DNA of 64,000 nt from Antedon mediterranea (GCF_964355755.1 NC_092670.1:6934201-6998200); one strand, 5' to 3'; counted from the stretch's first letter, positions 12,267-26,308 are shown. Made by a program: numbers and translations. Notes: generated by a model from the letters alone, not told the origin.

Positions 12267-15208
12267 GAGCCATTGTCTGTAAAAATCAAAGATTTGGTGG
12301 CAGATGTAAAAAAAAGGATTTCTCTCAAATTTTTACCATGAATAGACATTTCAATAAAAAGCATATCTACAACATTCATTTTAATTTTTAGCCTCCGTTG
12401 CCATGACAACGGTCAATTATCCAAATTTTGATGTTTTTGCCATTTTTCACAGATTTTCTATAGTGAAAAAGTACAAACTTGTATACTTATTTTAACCAAA
12501 AATACTTACAGTATACAGTTTTTGTTTATAGCAGTGTAAACAAACATGTATTGAGTTCCATTTAATGTAGAAAAAAAATTAATTACAAAATGGAGTTTTG
12601 TTGATACCATTATTTTAAAAAGGGGTGTTTTTAAAAAATATTTTTTTTTATAAAAGTATACCTCATGAACGTACCTATAACTTCCAAAGTGGTGTTTTTA
12701 AATCAATGAGGTATTTTGATTTGATAGTCAATAGGTTTGTCAACAATAATCACGAAAAAAACACTGGGGTAAATTTCGTACATAGGTTTTGTGTTGCCAG
12801 GAAAATACGAAAAATACAAAAAATATAACAAAATATCAACAAACAAAACACATGAAACACAATTTAAATATGGCTAATCCAATAATAAAATGTATATGTG
12901 GCTTGTCATAATGCTACTAGAGTCATACGAATAGTTTAGATAAAATAGGAGAATGTGTTGCCAGGTTTATTTCAATTAATTGCCAGAAAAACAGTATTTT
13001 GCATTGAAATATTTAGTTGATGGAAAATAATGTTAAACTTGGAAATAATTGCGTCAATGGTTTTTATAAATGTTTAAATCTATTTTGTGTGAAGAGATAC
13101 AGAAAGATGTCCCAAAAAATCTGACCTTGTAAATAGGTCATTTGAGGTCCCCACTTTACTACAACTATTAATGTTTGATCAAAATTTACAAGATAGTTCA
13201 TAACAATTCTCAACAATTTTCATATTTTACCTATAGTGTTACTTTAGCAACCATTTCTATGTGTAACTAAGGAAAGTAATTTTAAAAAAACCCTGAAAAA
13301 TTGCGTTTTTATAAATACAAAGAATTGATTGCATTTGTAATTTTTCTCAATTTTACTTCTACTGCATTCCATTTATGACAAACTTGACCTTGTAAATTCA
13401 TTCATTTTGAGGTCAACATTTTACCATAGTAACTGTTTCTATGCGAAAATTTAAAAAAAATAAGGGGTTTTTCATAAATACAAAACATTTTTTCTACATA
13501 GTTTTACATTTCTACTTTTTGCCAAATTTACTTTAAATACTGAATCCTAATAATATCAGAAAGAAAGTCTTGACGAATCTGAATAAAGGTAACAAAAATG
13601 ACCTTTAGTGTTATCTTAAACCTGTTTACGTAACAAATGATATTTAAAAAAAAAAATAATATGGAGTTTCTTGGGTGGTAGACGAAAGTGGTGGTGGATG
13701 GGCATGTGGGATCTGCTTAGGTTAGCAAATAAAAGAAGTAAACAAATGAAAGAGGAGCTTCAAAATAAGAGAGGAGTAATCTGTTGCAAAGATTAAAATT
13801 CACAACGATCTGATAATTTATTCAAATTTCCAGAGGATATAACCTATAAAATGACAATAAAACTTGGAATTACAGAATCTATAATTAAAGACCCCTTCCC
13901 TGCAATTTTGGACGTTTTTTGGAAAATAATACATATATATCACTTTAAAAACATTAAACCATGTCATTTCTTGTCTTAAATGTACGTTTTATGGTAAATT
14001 ATGATAAAAAGTGAGAAACAATGCACTACCTAAGTAGCTCGCGGCGATCGACCTCTCGTGGACGGTCTTAGGCCTAGCCTAGCTAGGCTTAGTTTTGTAG
14101 GCCTAGCTGGTAAACATCGGTAACGTACGAACATCGTAAGCGAGCTATATACCTAGCCTGACGTTGTATAGTTGCTGCATTAATTGTCTTTCTAGTTTTG
14201 CCAGACTCCGTTGATACAAATTGGGGAAAACCCGGTATTTTCGCTGAAAAGTTAGGAGTCTTCCATTTGTTTTGGCCTCACGATCGATCGAAAAGTGGGC
14301 GAATTACAGGTGAAAAACAAAAATATCAATCCGCGCGCAATGCATTTTGGGATTTATAGCGGGCCGCTATAATTATTAGAATCGACTTATTTTTCACATT
14401 TTTAACCGTGTAAAGACGAAAAAAGTTATCGCAATAGGACCATATAGTATTATTTTTACATTAAATATAGTTTGTGATCTTAAATTAGATCTAAAAAACG
14501 TAGGGAATGGGGCTTTAAACATTTTTTTTTTCTCACAACACAACTACAACTTTATAAAACATTAAGAATTTTTCTGACCAATGAGTTTCAAATCAAATAA
14601 TCAAAGAAAATAAAATGTTTTTACTAATATACCATGTTTTTTTTTTTTTTATAAAAATGCCTATGTTTCTCGCAACACTGCTTGTAGATTTTAAATTTAC
14701 CCCAGTAGTTTATGTTAGAAATCAATTATTAAACATTAGTACTACCTATTTGTAATAAATCAGCTAAAAAAATACACCACTTTGGGCGTTATGGTGAAGT
14801 AAAGTTTAGTTGCATTGAACAATTTAAAAAAAGTGAAAAACACCCCTTTTTAAATAAATGGTATCTCCCAAAGTATGAAATAAAAAAAAATAAAAAAATT
14901 TGAAACAGGTACACAATGCATTGTTATTATGCATACACTAATTATTGTTTATAATTAAATGAACAAAACAAAAATATCGTTCATCAAAGTAGTACCAATA
15001 TCCATTTTAAAAAACCTTAAAAAAGGACTAAATTTGTCAATAACACAAATTTGGCCGTTGCCATGGAAATATACGTGTGAAATAAAAAATATTTCATTTT
15101 GATTTCTCTCAACACATATATAGCCATGTGCAAAATTTGAAAGAAATCCATTTTTTTTTAGTCTGCCACTCTTTTTGATATTTCTTTGATTCTTACAGAC
15201 AATGGCTC
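12267..15208. mobile_element. Non-autonomous Sola3-like DNA transposon
   Basis: Termini GAGCCATTGTCTGTAA...TTACAGACAATGGCTC. Imperfect TIRs extend about 500-600 bp (for example 12604-12630 vs 14836-14866). TTAA lies immediately left; the right TTAA is 8 bp from the end (15217-15220). Confidence 0.75.
13889..14514. mobile_element. Kolobok-like MITE nested in the Sola3-like element
   Basis: TTAA|AGACCCCTTCCCT ... AGGGAATGGGGCT|TTAA: short imperfect TIRs with a TTAA TSD. Confidence 0.7.
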
Positions 15209-15245
15209 AAAAAACATTAAACATTGTTTTTCCAACCCGAAAAAA

Positions 15246-17215
15246 TAATGGTTACATTAAGTGTAGAGTTGTTAATGCATATAGCCCCACTGCTGTGAGG
15301 GCAAAAAAACTAATCCCGGATTGCTAAATAAATTTTATAATGATCTTGAGAAAGCATGTTGTGTACCTGCAAAATGGGAATTGTTTGTGCTGGGTGATTT
15401 TAACGCTGTACTTGGTAAAGCTAATAATATTGGTTTTGACAACTTATCTGAACACATTGGTTCTTATGGACACGGTGTTATTAATGAAAGTGGTCAAGTT
15501 TTTTTTTAATTTTATGATGAATAATAAGCTTTTTGCCTGTAATACAGCATCCAAACATAAAATTGGCCATGTAACAACACACACAATGTATGTTAAAACC
15601 TGGGATGCTGGTAGAGTAACAAAAGAAACTAAGCCATATCATAGACAGATTGACTTCATACTTTGTAAAACTCGTTTTAAAAGTACTTTAAAAAATAGTA
15701 GGGCATATAGTGGCACCAGAACCATCAGTGATCACAAAATAGTGTGTGCTCAATTTAATCTAAATATGCGTGTACTAACTTTTAAGAAAAGTAAATATAC
15801 AATCAAGCTTAATTGTTCATTGTTATTAAATCAAGAATCACGTGATAGATATTGTAATCAAATAAAACGTGGACTTTGTAAAATGAATATTGATATTAAT
15901 AATGATCCTAATGTGTCAATGAGTAAATTGTTAACAGCAACTGTACTTTCTGCACGGAAGACAATTGGTATGACAAATAATGATAGACCTAATTATGTAC
16001 AAGACAATGAGTTGTCAAGACTCACTGTTGAAAGATCTGAGTTACGTTGTCAATTAAACTCATGCAATACCTCGAAAGATCGTAGTTTATTGCGTACGTA
16101 TATTAATAAGAAAAAAAAATGCAATTTCTAAACGGTTGAAAAACATTGAAGAAAACAAAGCAAAACAATTGATCGATAGAATCACTACTACAAATGAAAC
16201 AAAGAAAATGTTTGATTCTGTAAAATTACTCTGCACAAACAAGAAAACTAATGAAATATTTGTAACAGAAAATGACGGAAGTGCGATTTATTCAAATCAA
16301 AAGAAAGCAGAAGTCGTGAAAGATTGGTTTTGCAAACAGTTAACTGATGTCAGCATTGATCCAATAAACGCATTTGATGGTCCACCAAGAAAGTTAAACT
16401 ACCCAATAACGGTCAGTGAAGTGGCTAATGCTGCTTCCTCTTTAAACAATAATAAAGCTTGTGGACCTGACAAGATTGCACCAGAATTGTTCAAGTATGC
16501 GAGCGATGACGTCTATGTGCTTTACGCTTGCATCATTAATCAATGTTTTGAAAGAAATATACATCTGCAGAGTATAACTGAAGGTTTAATTACACTCCTG
16601 CAAAAACCTGGAAAACCGAAGGGACCATGTAAAAGTCTAAGGCCTCTTACATTGAGCAACGTTATTCGCAAAGTAATGTCGTTGATTATTTATAAACGTA
16701 TTGAGGAAAACGTTAACAATTATACAGGACCCTTCCAAAGTGCTTATAAAAGAGGTCGGAGCTGTGCTGATATTGTATGGGCGCAAAGAATATTAACATC
16801 TATAGTCAAACAAAAGAAATGGGAATTCTACAAAATGGGTTTAGACATGTCTTCTGCGTTTGATACTATTAAACGTGATACTGTGTTACGTTTACTAAGC
16901 GATGCTGGTTGTTCTGACGATGACATGCGCCTATTTAGGTTTATGTTATCAAATACCAAACTACAAGTAAAAGTTGGTGGTAAACTTTCCAGTTCGTTTG
17001 AATCTGTATTAGGTTCTTTTCAAGGCGATTGTTTATCAGGACTTTTTTTTACTATCACATTTGCTGGAGATGTGTACCAGTTAAGAGCTATGACTACTTT
17101 CAGACCTAATCCACCAATTGACATTAAATGTTTCCCGCTTGAATTCTCCTATGCTGACGATATTGACTTTCTTTCTGAACTCAAGAGCGAACTTGATAAG
17201 GTCTTGTCAATTGCT
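15246..17215 (+). pseudogene. LINE APE endonuclease plus reverse transcriptase (frameshifted; continues at 23938-24657)
   Basis: ORFs 15321-15509, 15340-16131, 16136-(17215) and 23998-24657. Confidence 0.85.
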
Positions 17216-17224
17216 TTTTTTTTT

Positions 17225-18215
17225 TTTTTATCTTATGTGGGTTCATCCCACTTTTATTTCCATACCACTGTTCTCTTTACATATATTTTTCACTATACAC
17301 TATACATATCATTATATTTACAATGTTTGTTTAATCATCTGTATACATATACTTATTTAAAGAGTTTTATTCATTTGTTTACATATTATCACATTGATTA
17401 CATAGCTTCCTCTTTTTAAACATATTATCTGTAACACATTTTCATTAACAAGCTTATTTTTTTTCTTACATAGTTGTTTTTGATTTTTTTCATCTACCAC
17501 ATTTTCATTTAACAATGCATATTCTCTGTTATACTCATTACTTACTAAATGTTTACTGTTAACATAATATTGTTCTCATCCTTTAACATTAATATTAATA
17601 TTTTTGTTCTTTAATGTTTACAAAACCAGCAGATCCTTTTTTGCATCTATAACTTCTTAAATTTTCATTTAACTTTTTTACTTTCTTCTCTTATGTGGAT
17701 TCATTCCACTTTTTTTTTTTTACTTATTTTCTTTAAAAAAAAAAAAAAAACTATTTCCATATATTATTTTGTTTATACATACATTATCATTTAACCACAT
17801 TGATTACATAGTTTCCTCTTTTTATACATATTATCTATAACACATTTTCATTAACAAAGCTTATTTTTTCTTACATAGTTGTTTTTGGTTTTTTTTCATC
17901 TACATGCATATTTATTTCATACAATTATAATACGTTTATGTTTAATAAATCCATCCCATGGGTTTGTCCCATTTTATTTTTCTTTGGGTTTATCTATGCA
18001 AACATATTTTCATTTAAACAATGCATATTCTCGGTTATACTAATTACTTACTAACTTTTTACTGTTAACATTATATTTTCCTCATCCTTTAACATTGATT
18101 TTTTTTTATCTTTAAATGTTTACAAAATTTATTTCCAACAGATTATCCTTTTTTGCATCTACAGTATAACCCATCAAAGTTTCATTTAACTTTTTTTTTC
18201 CTATGTGGGTTCATT
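17225..18215. repeat. ~470-510-bp tandem duplication in the Tx1 3' UTR
   Basis: Unit starts (C/T)TATGTGG(G/A)TTCAT at about 17232, 17691 and 18202, with shared internal blocks such as CACATTGATTACATAG. Confidence 0.75.
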
Positions 18216-18565
18216 CAATTATTTTTTTTTACTTATTATTTATTCTATTATTTTTTTATACATACATTATCATTTAACAACATTTGTGTTTAATGATCCA
18301 TTAAAAAAATTTGACATTTTTTTTTTCTTTTTAACCATTTTATCATTTCAAAATTCCACATGCAGTAAGAATGTGCAAATTACATATATACGGTATATAC
18401 CTATAATATGAAAGCTTTGATGAAAACACTTCACCACTTAAACCTAAACCTTCTTATCCTTCATCATTTTTTTTTATCATCAATCTATAAAAATCTTTTC
18501 ACATTTTGTCTTTTTTTTTTCAAATCATCAAGGTATACATATTTACAAAATATACAGTATAGTAG

Positions 18566-18597
<32 letters not shown>

Positions 18598-18679
18598 ATA
18601 ATAGATTCATCATTCATGGTATCTCATTTACATATTTTCTTCCTTAATCTGGTTGAGCATATACAGTATACCTGCAGAT

Positions 18680-21600
18680 TTACATATTTCTTATCTTTTT
18701 TTCAGATTTAAACATTTGTAGGAGATTGATTTTTTTTTCTTTTTCCAATAAACTTAATATCTTTACTTTATAAATACAAAATGCTCCTAAAGTGTATAAT
18801 TTATTTACGTAATTATTGTCAGTTTCAAATAAAAGTCTTTTGAAAGAAAAAACAGGAATATGTATGCTTACTGCTCTAATTATTTCGTTTATCTCTCTCC
18901 ATAAACATTTTACTGTTATGCACTCTACTAACATATGTTTATCATTCTCAATAACATTGCATGTGTCACAACATGGGGAATTTACAAGTCTCCACCTATG
19001 TAATCTTTCATTTGTTGGCAATATTCTGTGCAACAATTTAAAATTAAAATGTGCCAGTTTTTTTTCTTTAAGACCAGAAATTTCTTAACCCATATTTTTG
19101 TCCATGGCATATTACCAAATATGGATTCCCACTTAACCTGTGCCGTAGGTGTAATATATTGAGCATCTATTATGAATCTATATAATTGTCTAGACGTCAT
19201 ATTTAAGACCTTATTGTTTGTAATAGGTATATCATTTACATTAATGTCATGTGTTGATTTTAAAATACATTTCCATTCTTTTGGAATGGCTTTCAATATA
19301 CATGAATATTCACTGATCCAATTTTGTGTACATCTTAACCTTCTTTTTATCTCTATCGCAGGCTTAAACACATTATTATTTATTACATCATATATTTTTA
19401 AAAACCCTGAACTAATCCAGTTACAGTTATATAACGGCTTCTTTTTAATACATATAAACTCATTACCCCATAATGATTGATTAATAATGTCATCATAGCT
19501 TATTGGTTCCTTATTTAATCTATTATTACAAGCATTAGCTACTGCTATAGACTTAATAACTGAGAGGTAAAATGGTGGTACGGATATATTACACGGAACT
19601 TTTGATAAATTTGAGGTTAATGATTTTGGGCCTATCTTTTCTATATAAAATGTAGGTAAATATTTCCATTTGGCATCATCGTTTTCATACAGTCTCCTGT
19701 ACCATTTAACTTGGAAAGATATTACCTGAGATCTGAATTCTACCATTTTTAGACCACCTTGACTGTAATTGGCACACATGGTTTTTCTTTTTATTTTCTC
19801 TTTCTTAGTTTTCCAAATGAATTTAAAAATTAATTTATCCACCTCTTTTATTACTTTTTCTGGTACTAGCAAAATGCAGGAATTGTATATAATTTTTGAG
19901 AGCGCTAATGTTTTTACAATAGTAATTCTTCCAAAAAAAGTGAGGTGTCTTTTCTCCCATGTTTTTAGGGTATTTTCTAATGCGTCTATTTTTTCTTTCC
20001 AGTTCTTTTGATAACAATATTCCTTATCATGTCCAACATAGATACCTAATATCCGAATTGGTGTGGATGTCCAAGAAATGTTACCATGTGTGTCCTTGTA
20101 GTCTCTTAAACTGCCAAGCCAAAAAGCATTTGTTTTATTCTTATTTAATTTTAATCCAGAAACCTCTCCAAACTTTTCAATAATACTTATGCTGTTATCT
20201 ATACTATTTATATCCTTTAGAAAAAGCACAGTGTCATCTGCTAGCTGTGCAATCTTAATATCTTTAAATATACCATTGCCTGCAGGAACAATCAGGCCTT
20301 TGACCATATCGCATGCTCTTATTTTTGTAGCTAGGACTTCAGCTACTAAAATAAACAATAGAGCAGACAAGGGACATCCTTGTCTAATACCTTGGTGCAT
20401 TGCAAAACTTTCTGATTGCCAACCATTATTTGTGAATATACAATTTGTATTGTTATACAGTGCTTTTACCCAGTTCACAAATGAAATACCAAAATTGAAT
20501 TTATTTAAGGCTTCTATTAAAAATGATCTATTGACACTGTCAAATGCTTTTTGGAAATCTAAACTTATAAGTATACCTTCAAGCTGTTCATTTTCCATGT
20601 AAGTAATTATGTCCTCTATTAGTCTTATATTGTCACCACCAAAGCGACCTTTTACATACCCTTTTTGGTCATTGTTTATTATATACTTTGCAACTCGATG
20701 TAATCTTGTTGTAAGAACAAAAGAAGCTATTTTGTAGTCAATATTGAGTAATGTGATAGGGCGCCAGTTATTTAAATCTTTGTGATCACCTTTTTTGTAA
20801 ATAAGGTTGATTATTCCCCTTCTTTGTGACACAGACATTTCTTGTGTGGCAAAACCATAATTTAGTGCATCACAAACAAGGTCACAGATAAGGTACCAGA
20901 AGAGTTGATAAAACTCAACTGTTAAACCGTCACTGCCTGGAGCTTTATTTTTTTTCATTTTCTTTATTGCTTGCTCACATTCGAAGAGAGAGAGATGACC
21001 CTCACACATCTCTTGTTCTGCCTCTGTGAGTTTAGTTAAATTAACATGAGATAGGTACTTATCAATTGATTTGTAAGGAACATCCTGTTTTGCATATATT
21101 TTTTTGAAGAAATTAACCTCTTCCTTCAATATCTCTGTGGAATTTGATATAATGGATCCGTCCTGTTTTTTTAATTTTTTAATATGTTTTTTATTACTAT
21201 TATTTTTCTCTAAACCAAGAAAGTATTTAGTGTTTCGTTCGCCATCTTCTATCCACTTTACTCTTGACCTAATTTGAGCGCCTTTAGCTTCCAATAGGTA
21301 AATTTGCTCAAGTTCATTCTTTTTTTGATCTAATTCTGTTTCATACTGGATATTATTATCAGTATTATCCTTTTTCATAATTAAATCATTAATGATAGCA
21401 ATTTCCTGTTGAAGTATTTCTTTTCTTTTGCATTTATTTTTATTTTTCATTTTCCCATATTTTATGGAGAATTCCTTTATTTTTACTTTAATCATTTCCC
21501 ATTTATCCTTTGGGTTAAGTTCTTCTAATCTAGCTCTTTCTATTATGTTTTTGATGTTGTTTATATAATCTTCATTATCTAAGTGAGAATTGTTCATTTT

Positions 21601-22359
21601 CCATAATCCTGGGCCTCTTTCTTCATTAGTTAAACTTATTTTTAAGGATATGGCTTGGTGATCAGACATGATTGACGGCCTGATATCACATGTGTTAACA
21701 TATTCACATAAGTCGTTAGATATAAAAAAATAGTCCAACCTTCTGTATGTTTGGGTGGATTTCCTTCGCCATGTGAATTGACATGTATCCGGGTTATTTT
21801 TTCTCCAGATGTCATTAAGATTCAGATTTTTCATAAAATGTGTTATTGTAAAAACAGAATTATCTACTCTATCGACACTACCTTTTTGGTCAAATTTTCT
21901 GTCTAGAGCACAATTCATGTCACCACCTATAATTATTTTATCATTTTTGCTTTCTTTGAAGTCACTAATTGTTTTATGTAAAGTCCTGAAGTAAGAACAT
22001 CGATCTTTTACATAATTTGGGGCATATGAATTGACAAGAATGAAATAGTTGTCATCTATTTCAACTCTTAGAAGTAAAAATCTACCATTAATATCTTTGT
22101 ATTGTTTTGTTACCCTGTGTTGAATTTTACTAGCAATAAATGTGGATGTTCCTCTACTGTGTGATGAGCCAAAGCAGTGGTAGGAATCACCTTGCCATAT
22201 ATCATTCAGTGACTGGGTTTTATCATTTGTCAAATGTGATTCTTGAATGAAGATGATATCTGCTTTGTTGTCTTTGACCCATTTAAAAATACTAATTTGT
22301 TTTTGTTTTTCTCTAAATCCTCTAACATTTAATGATAAAAGGTGTATGTTTGGTGTCAT
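18680..22359 (-). CDS. Tx1/L1 ORF2: APE endonuclease, RT and C-terminal zinc finger (one frameshift near 19040-19085)
   Basis: SLNVRG..IQESH, GGDMN, RLDYF, SDHQ; WRPITLLN, QGCPLS, QLADD. ORF 18680-19036 supplies LHRILPT..CDTC..HMLVEC. Confidence 0.92.
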
Positions 22360-22479
22360 ATGATTATTAAATATAACAACATTTTATAAACTTTACAATT
22401 TATCTTAAATAAAAAAACTAAATTGTAATAATAAACATTTGAAGTCATATTGCACAGTATGATACAGTAGTTCTGCAAC

Positions 22480-23715
22480 TTACTTCCTTGTAACCCTTTT
22501 CCTTAGGTTGATTTTTTTTTTGGTTTTCTGTGGTGGATTTTCTGGTGATGTTTCCTTTAAATCTTTTTCAGTTCTACTTTCATCAGTGGTAGCCCCTTTC
22601 CTTTCATTGTTACTTTTTGAGTTTTGAGTGGAAGAAACAAAAAAATCTGTTACCTTCTTCTGTTCTTTGCTTTCACTTGCTTCACTAATGGTCTTTTCCT
22701 CACTGTCCAAAATTATTATATCTTTGTCTTTTACATGTTCTTGTTCTTCATCAGATTCACTTCCGCTGCTGTCATCTGCAGTATCTTGTGAGCTGAACAC
22801 TTCATCAATATCTACTTCTGTGTCTGAATTTGGGTTTGCATTATCATGTGATTTATCTTTATCTGTTATCTTTAAGTCTTTATCTGTTATTTGTTTTGGT
22901 ATTGGAGTGTGCACAAATGATTCCCACATACGGTTAATATATGCCCCTGTTGATCCCATTGAGTTGGCTGATATTTGCTGTTGGCCTATTTCATTGTTGC
23001 AAGTGCTCATAGTATGACCTTCTTGGTGACATTTAAAGCATACTCTATTAGCCTTACATTGATAAGCTTCGTGTCCATTTTTCAAGCATTTGTTACATTT
23101 GATCTCTTGTCCTTCGTGAAACACACGAGCTTTGAAACCATTTAGAACGATTTGCCTGGGTATGGGGGATGACATTTTTTCAACAAAGACAGCCCTATCA
23201 CCATTAAGCCAACTTGTCAGTTGTCCGTTGACTCTGATTTTTTGCCTCATTATATCACTTACTGGTTTGCAACCCAATGCTTTTAACCGGTTTGCTATCT
23301 CGGAGTCCGCTACAGACAACGGAATATCTTTAATGAGGATTCTCGTACTGTCCGTTTTGTTATATGCAAGATATGGATTAATGTCGAACACTGTGACATT
23401 ACAATTTCTTATGTTAATACCGTTCGTTATTAGTTGCACTCTGTCTTTCCTATCATTGACATAGATTCTCCAGAGATTCCGGATTTTCTGAACACCTACG
23501 ATGTGATCGGCGGGTATAATTTTTGTTAATGTAATGCATAGATCTTCATCTCTAAAGAACGATTTATCGGTTGGAATTTGGTCTGCTTTTAAAAACACCG
23601 GCTTCACACCTCCTTGTTGTTGCGTTGTTTGCATACCGGCTTTGTTTACTCGGTTGCTCGTAGCCCCCGCTGACTCTGTAGAAGCGGCGGGAGATTTCGG
23701 TTGATATGTAGCCAT
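22480..23715 (-). CDS. Tx1 ORF1 gag-like protein with two CCHC zinc knuckles
   Basis: Intact 411-aa ORF with CNKCLKNGHEAYQC and CFKCHQEGHTMSTC, upstream of ORF2. Confidence 0.9.
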   Translation of the reverse strand: MATYQPKSPAASTESAGATSNRVNKAGMQTTQQQGGVKPVFLKADQIPTDKSFFRDEDLCITLTKIIPADHIVGVQKIRNLWRIYVNDRKDRVQLITNGINIRNCNVTVFDINPYLAYNKTDSTRILIKDIPLSVADSEIANRLKALGCKPVSDIMRQKIRVNGQLTSWLNGDRAVFVEKMSSPIPRQIVLNGFKARVFHEGQEIKCNKCLKNGHEAYQCKANRVCFKCHQEGHTMSTCNNEIGQQQISANSMGSTGAYINRMWESFVHTPIPKQITDKDLKITDKDKSHDNANPNSDTEVDIDEVFSSQDTADDSSGSESDEEQEHVKDKDIIILDSEEKTISEASESKEQKKVTDFFVSSTQNSKSNNERKGATTDESRTEKDLKETSPENPPQKTKKKINLRKRVTRK

Positions 23716-25637
23716 TAAGCTACGTTGGATTTTACACGTTAAACTTGAGTATATTATCGTAATATACCAAACGACAAACTTCTTTTTGTTCAGAATCCTT
23801 ATGTAAATCAGGATTACTTACTTAGTCCTCGTTTTACAGTGAAATATGGTGTAAAAATAACTATTTTACTCAGAGCTTAGTTTGGCCTGTCACCTTGGTT
23901 TCCTGACCAGAGCGCCCTCTAAACCTTGTCAATTGCTGTTAAAGTTTTTAAAGATTGGAATTTATTTATTAATGAAAGCAAGACTTAGTTTAACCATGTG
24001 TTTATTGATAGTAAGGACCCAAAATCTGAAGTATGGAGGTCTCATAAGGTCTTAGGTTCATTTTTAGATACTACTAAGGATATTAAGCATAGAATTATAT
24101 TAGCAAATGTAGCATTTAACAACTTTAATAATGTGTGGCTTAAGAAAGATATTGCAACTGATTTGAAACTCAAGTTACATAATGTATTAGTTGTATCTAT
24201 TTCATTGTATAATTGCAATAGCTGGTCTGCTCCCAAAGTTGTTATGAAAAAAATTGATACCTGTCATAGGTCCCACTTAAGAACTATTATTAATGTGAAA
24301 TATCCGAAAAAGATTAGCAATAATAAGTTATATTTGGTAACAAATACTAAACCTTTATCTGAGAATGTAAATAAATTTAGGTGGTCTATGCTTGGCCATA
24401 TACTTAGAATGAGTGAAGATACTCCTGCTTTTTCAGCATTGGTGTTTGGTATAGTACACTCTAATCCAATAAAAGGGCGAATTGGAAAACATCAAACCAA
24501 TCTGTTAAGTACACTTAGAAATGATTTATTTATCAGAAATTTTAAGATAAATAATTTAAACGACCTAATTAATTTGCGTGAGATTGCCAGCAACAGAAAT
24601 AAGTGGCTTTTGTTGAATCTTTATTTTTACGTTATTTTATTTTTGTTGTTGTTGTAGGATGCATGCATATACCTAACTATTACTTAAATTTACCATTTCC
24701 TGCAACAGCAACAGCAACACGTACCTAGGCCCTACGTTTACGTTAAAACAGTTGCGCATTGTTTTGAAGATAAATTGCAAAATGTTTATTCTTTGTAGTG
24801 CAAAAAAATGTTAGTTGGGTTCATATCGAACTTAGGGCGAGATAAATTTACTAGATTAACGAGATGATGTCGCCATAACTTCGATGTGAACGAATTATTA
24901 GGGCCAGATGAAGGAATTTCCTCGACTACGGTCAGTCAAGGCCATCGCCTCGATGGAATAGTAAATCCACTGGTAAAGCTAGAAAACGATTAAGGTAATT
25001 AACACAGCATGAGGCATTCAGAATTGGAGGTCACCAATATACCAATCAGATTAAAGAAAATTTCAACTTTGACATATAAACATCAACAAGTTAGCGCTTT
25101 ATTTCTGAACACATGTTAACCGAGAGCGACGATCTGTCATATTACTATTTTAAAACTTATTTCAATACATCTGTACCGCATTCATCATGTCCGAAAAAGT
25201 AAAAGCGAAGACAAAAAAGAGGTTTTGTTGGACGTACACTCAAGAGTTGGACCTCATAGATATCTAAAGAGAGCCAGATTTCAATGAAAAAACTGAGGAC
25301 AAGCTGTTCCGACAAAAGGCGGCCGTCTACGAAAAAATGGCCGAACGGATGCGGGACTTGGGCAATGATGTTACTGCTGCGATTGTAATTACAAAACTAA
25401 AGAACCTCCGGTCAGAGCATAAATCTGTCCGGAATATTTTTATTAGGGGTACGGGGAAGGGGGAAAGTAATGTGGCAAGGGACGATCCCAAGTCTGCGTG
25501 GCCTCATTATCATTCACTGAACAAAATTCTCGGAGGAAAACATTCAGTGAATCCACCTCCTGAAATGTTGGGCCAGTCCTCCGTACCACCACATCCATGG
25601 TCCTAGTCGGCGTCTACTAGTAGTAGTAGTACCTCCA

Positions 25638-26308
25638 GGAATAGACCTACCAACCAAAGCGGCCGCCAGTTTAATATCGTAATTTGTATGGAACGCCATG
25701 TGCGCTTTAATCTTTGATTGTCGTTGTCAACGCCATGGCCTATGGCGAGTTGAGTTACAGCTGTATGTATGGTCAAACCAATAAATATAAGCCAAATCAT
25801 GTACTATCGAATCAGACACTTGCGTCTTATTTTAGTATTTAAAACTCATTTTAAATTGATCAATATTTATATATCTGAAGGTATAAAACAATTTAGGATA
25901 TTAAATAAATTGATGTCATCATGTTATTGTAATTAATTATGTTTGCGAACACGTATTACTTACAGTAGTTACTTTACTAATATATTAATATACAATAACA
26001 AAGATATATATTTTGATATACTTTATTGAAAATATATATATATTAGGCCTATTCTTAATAATTGGCTTATAATACATTATTATACAATAAAAACACCACA
26101 ATGTTTTTTTTATCACATTCAATCTGTAAAAAAAGAGAATATATTACATAATATTAATAATGTAGGTTGTTATTTACGTCCGAGGCCTCGAGGAAAAGAA
26201 AACCTGTCGATCTAAACAATGGCAATCAAAGCACACACGGCGTTCTATACAAATTACCGTTATTGAACTAGCGGCCGCTTTGGTTAGCGGCCGCTTCGAC
26301 CGTAATCC
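25638..26308. mobile_element. MITE with ~60-90-bp imperfect TIRs inside Myb exon 1
   Basis: AACCAAAGCGGCCGC..AATTTGTATGGAACGCC near 25652 is inverted at 26228-26286. AT-rich core. TSD unclear. Confidence 0.65.

Larger units (their letters stand above)
17216..23924 (-). mobile_element. Full-length Tx1/L1-clade non-LTR retrotransposon
   Basis: 13-bp TSD CTTGTCAATTGCT at 17203-17215 and 23925-23937. Poly(A) end, ORF1 plus ORF2, and a 5' UTR. Confidence 0.95.
12150..24660 (+). mobile_element. RTE-group LINE in three pieces (~12150-12266, 15221-17215, 23938-24660)
   Basis: APE motifs VVNAYSPT, LGDFNA, IDFIL, SDH. RT motifs QGDCLS and YADD. The reading DKVLSIA|VKVFKDWNLFINESK rejoins across the Tx1 element. 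C-terminus RWSMLGHILRM. The 5' piece is inferred from YVETWNVINDDIVYL. Confidence 0.8.

Noticed and set aside
17216-17419. Hydrophobic tail on the RT ORF suggesting a membrane-anchored RT
   Set aside because: Read-through into the antisense Tx1 poly(A) and 3' UTR.
19172-23464. Plus-strand ORFs over the Tx1 element
   Set aside because: Antisense shadows of ORF1 and ORF2 with no motifs.
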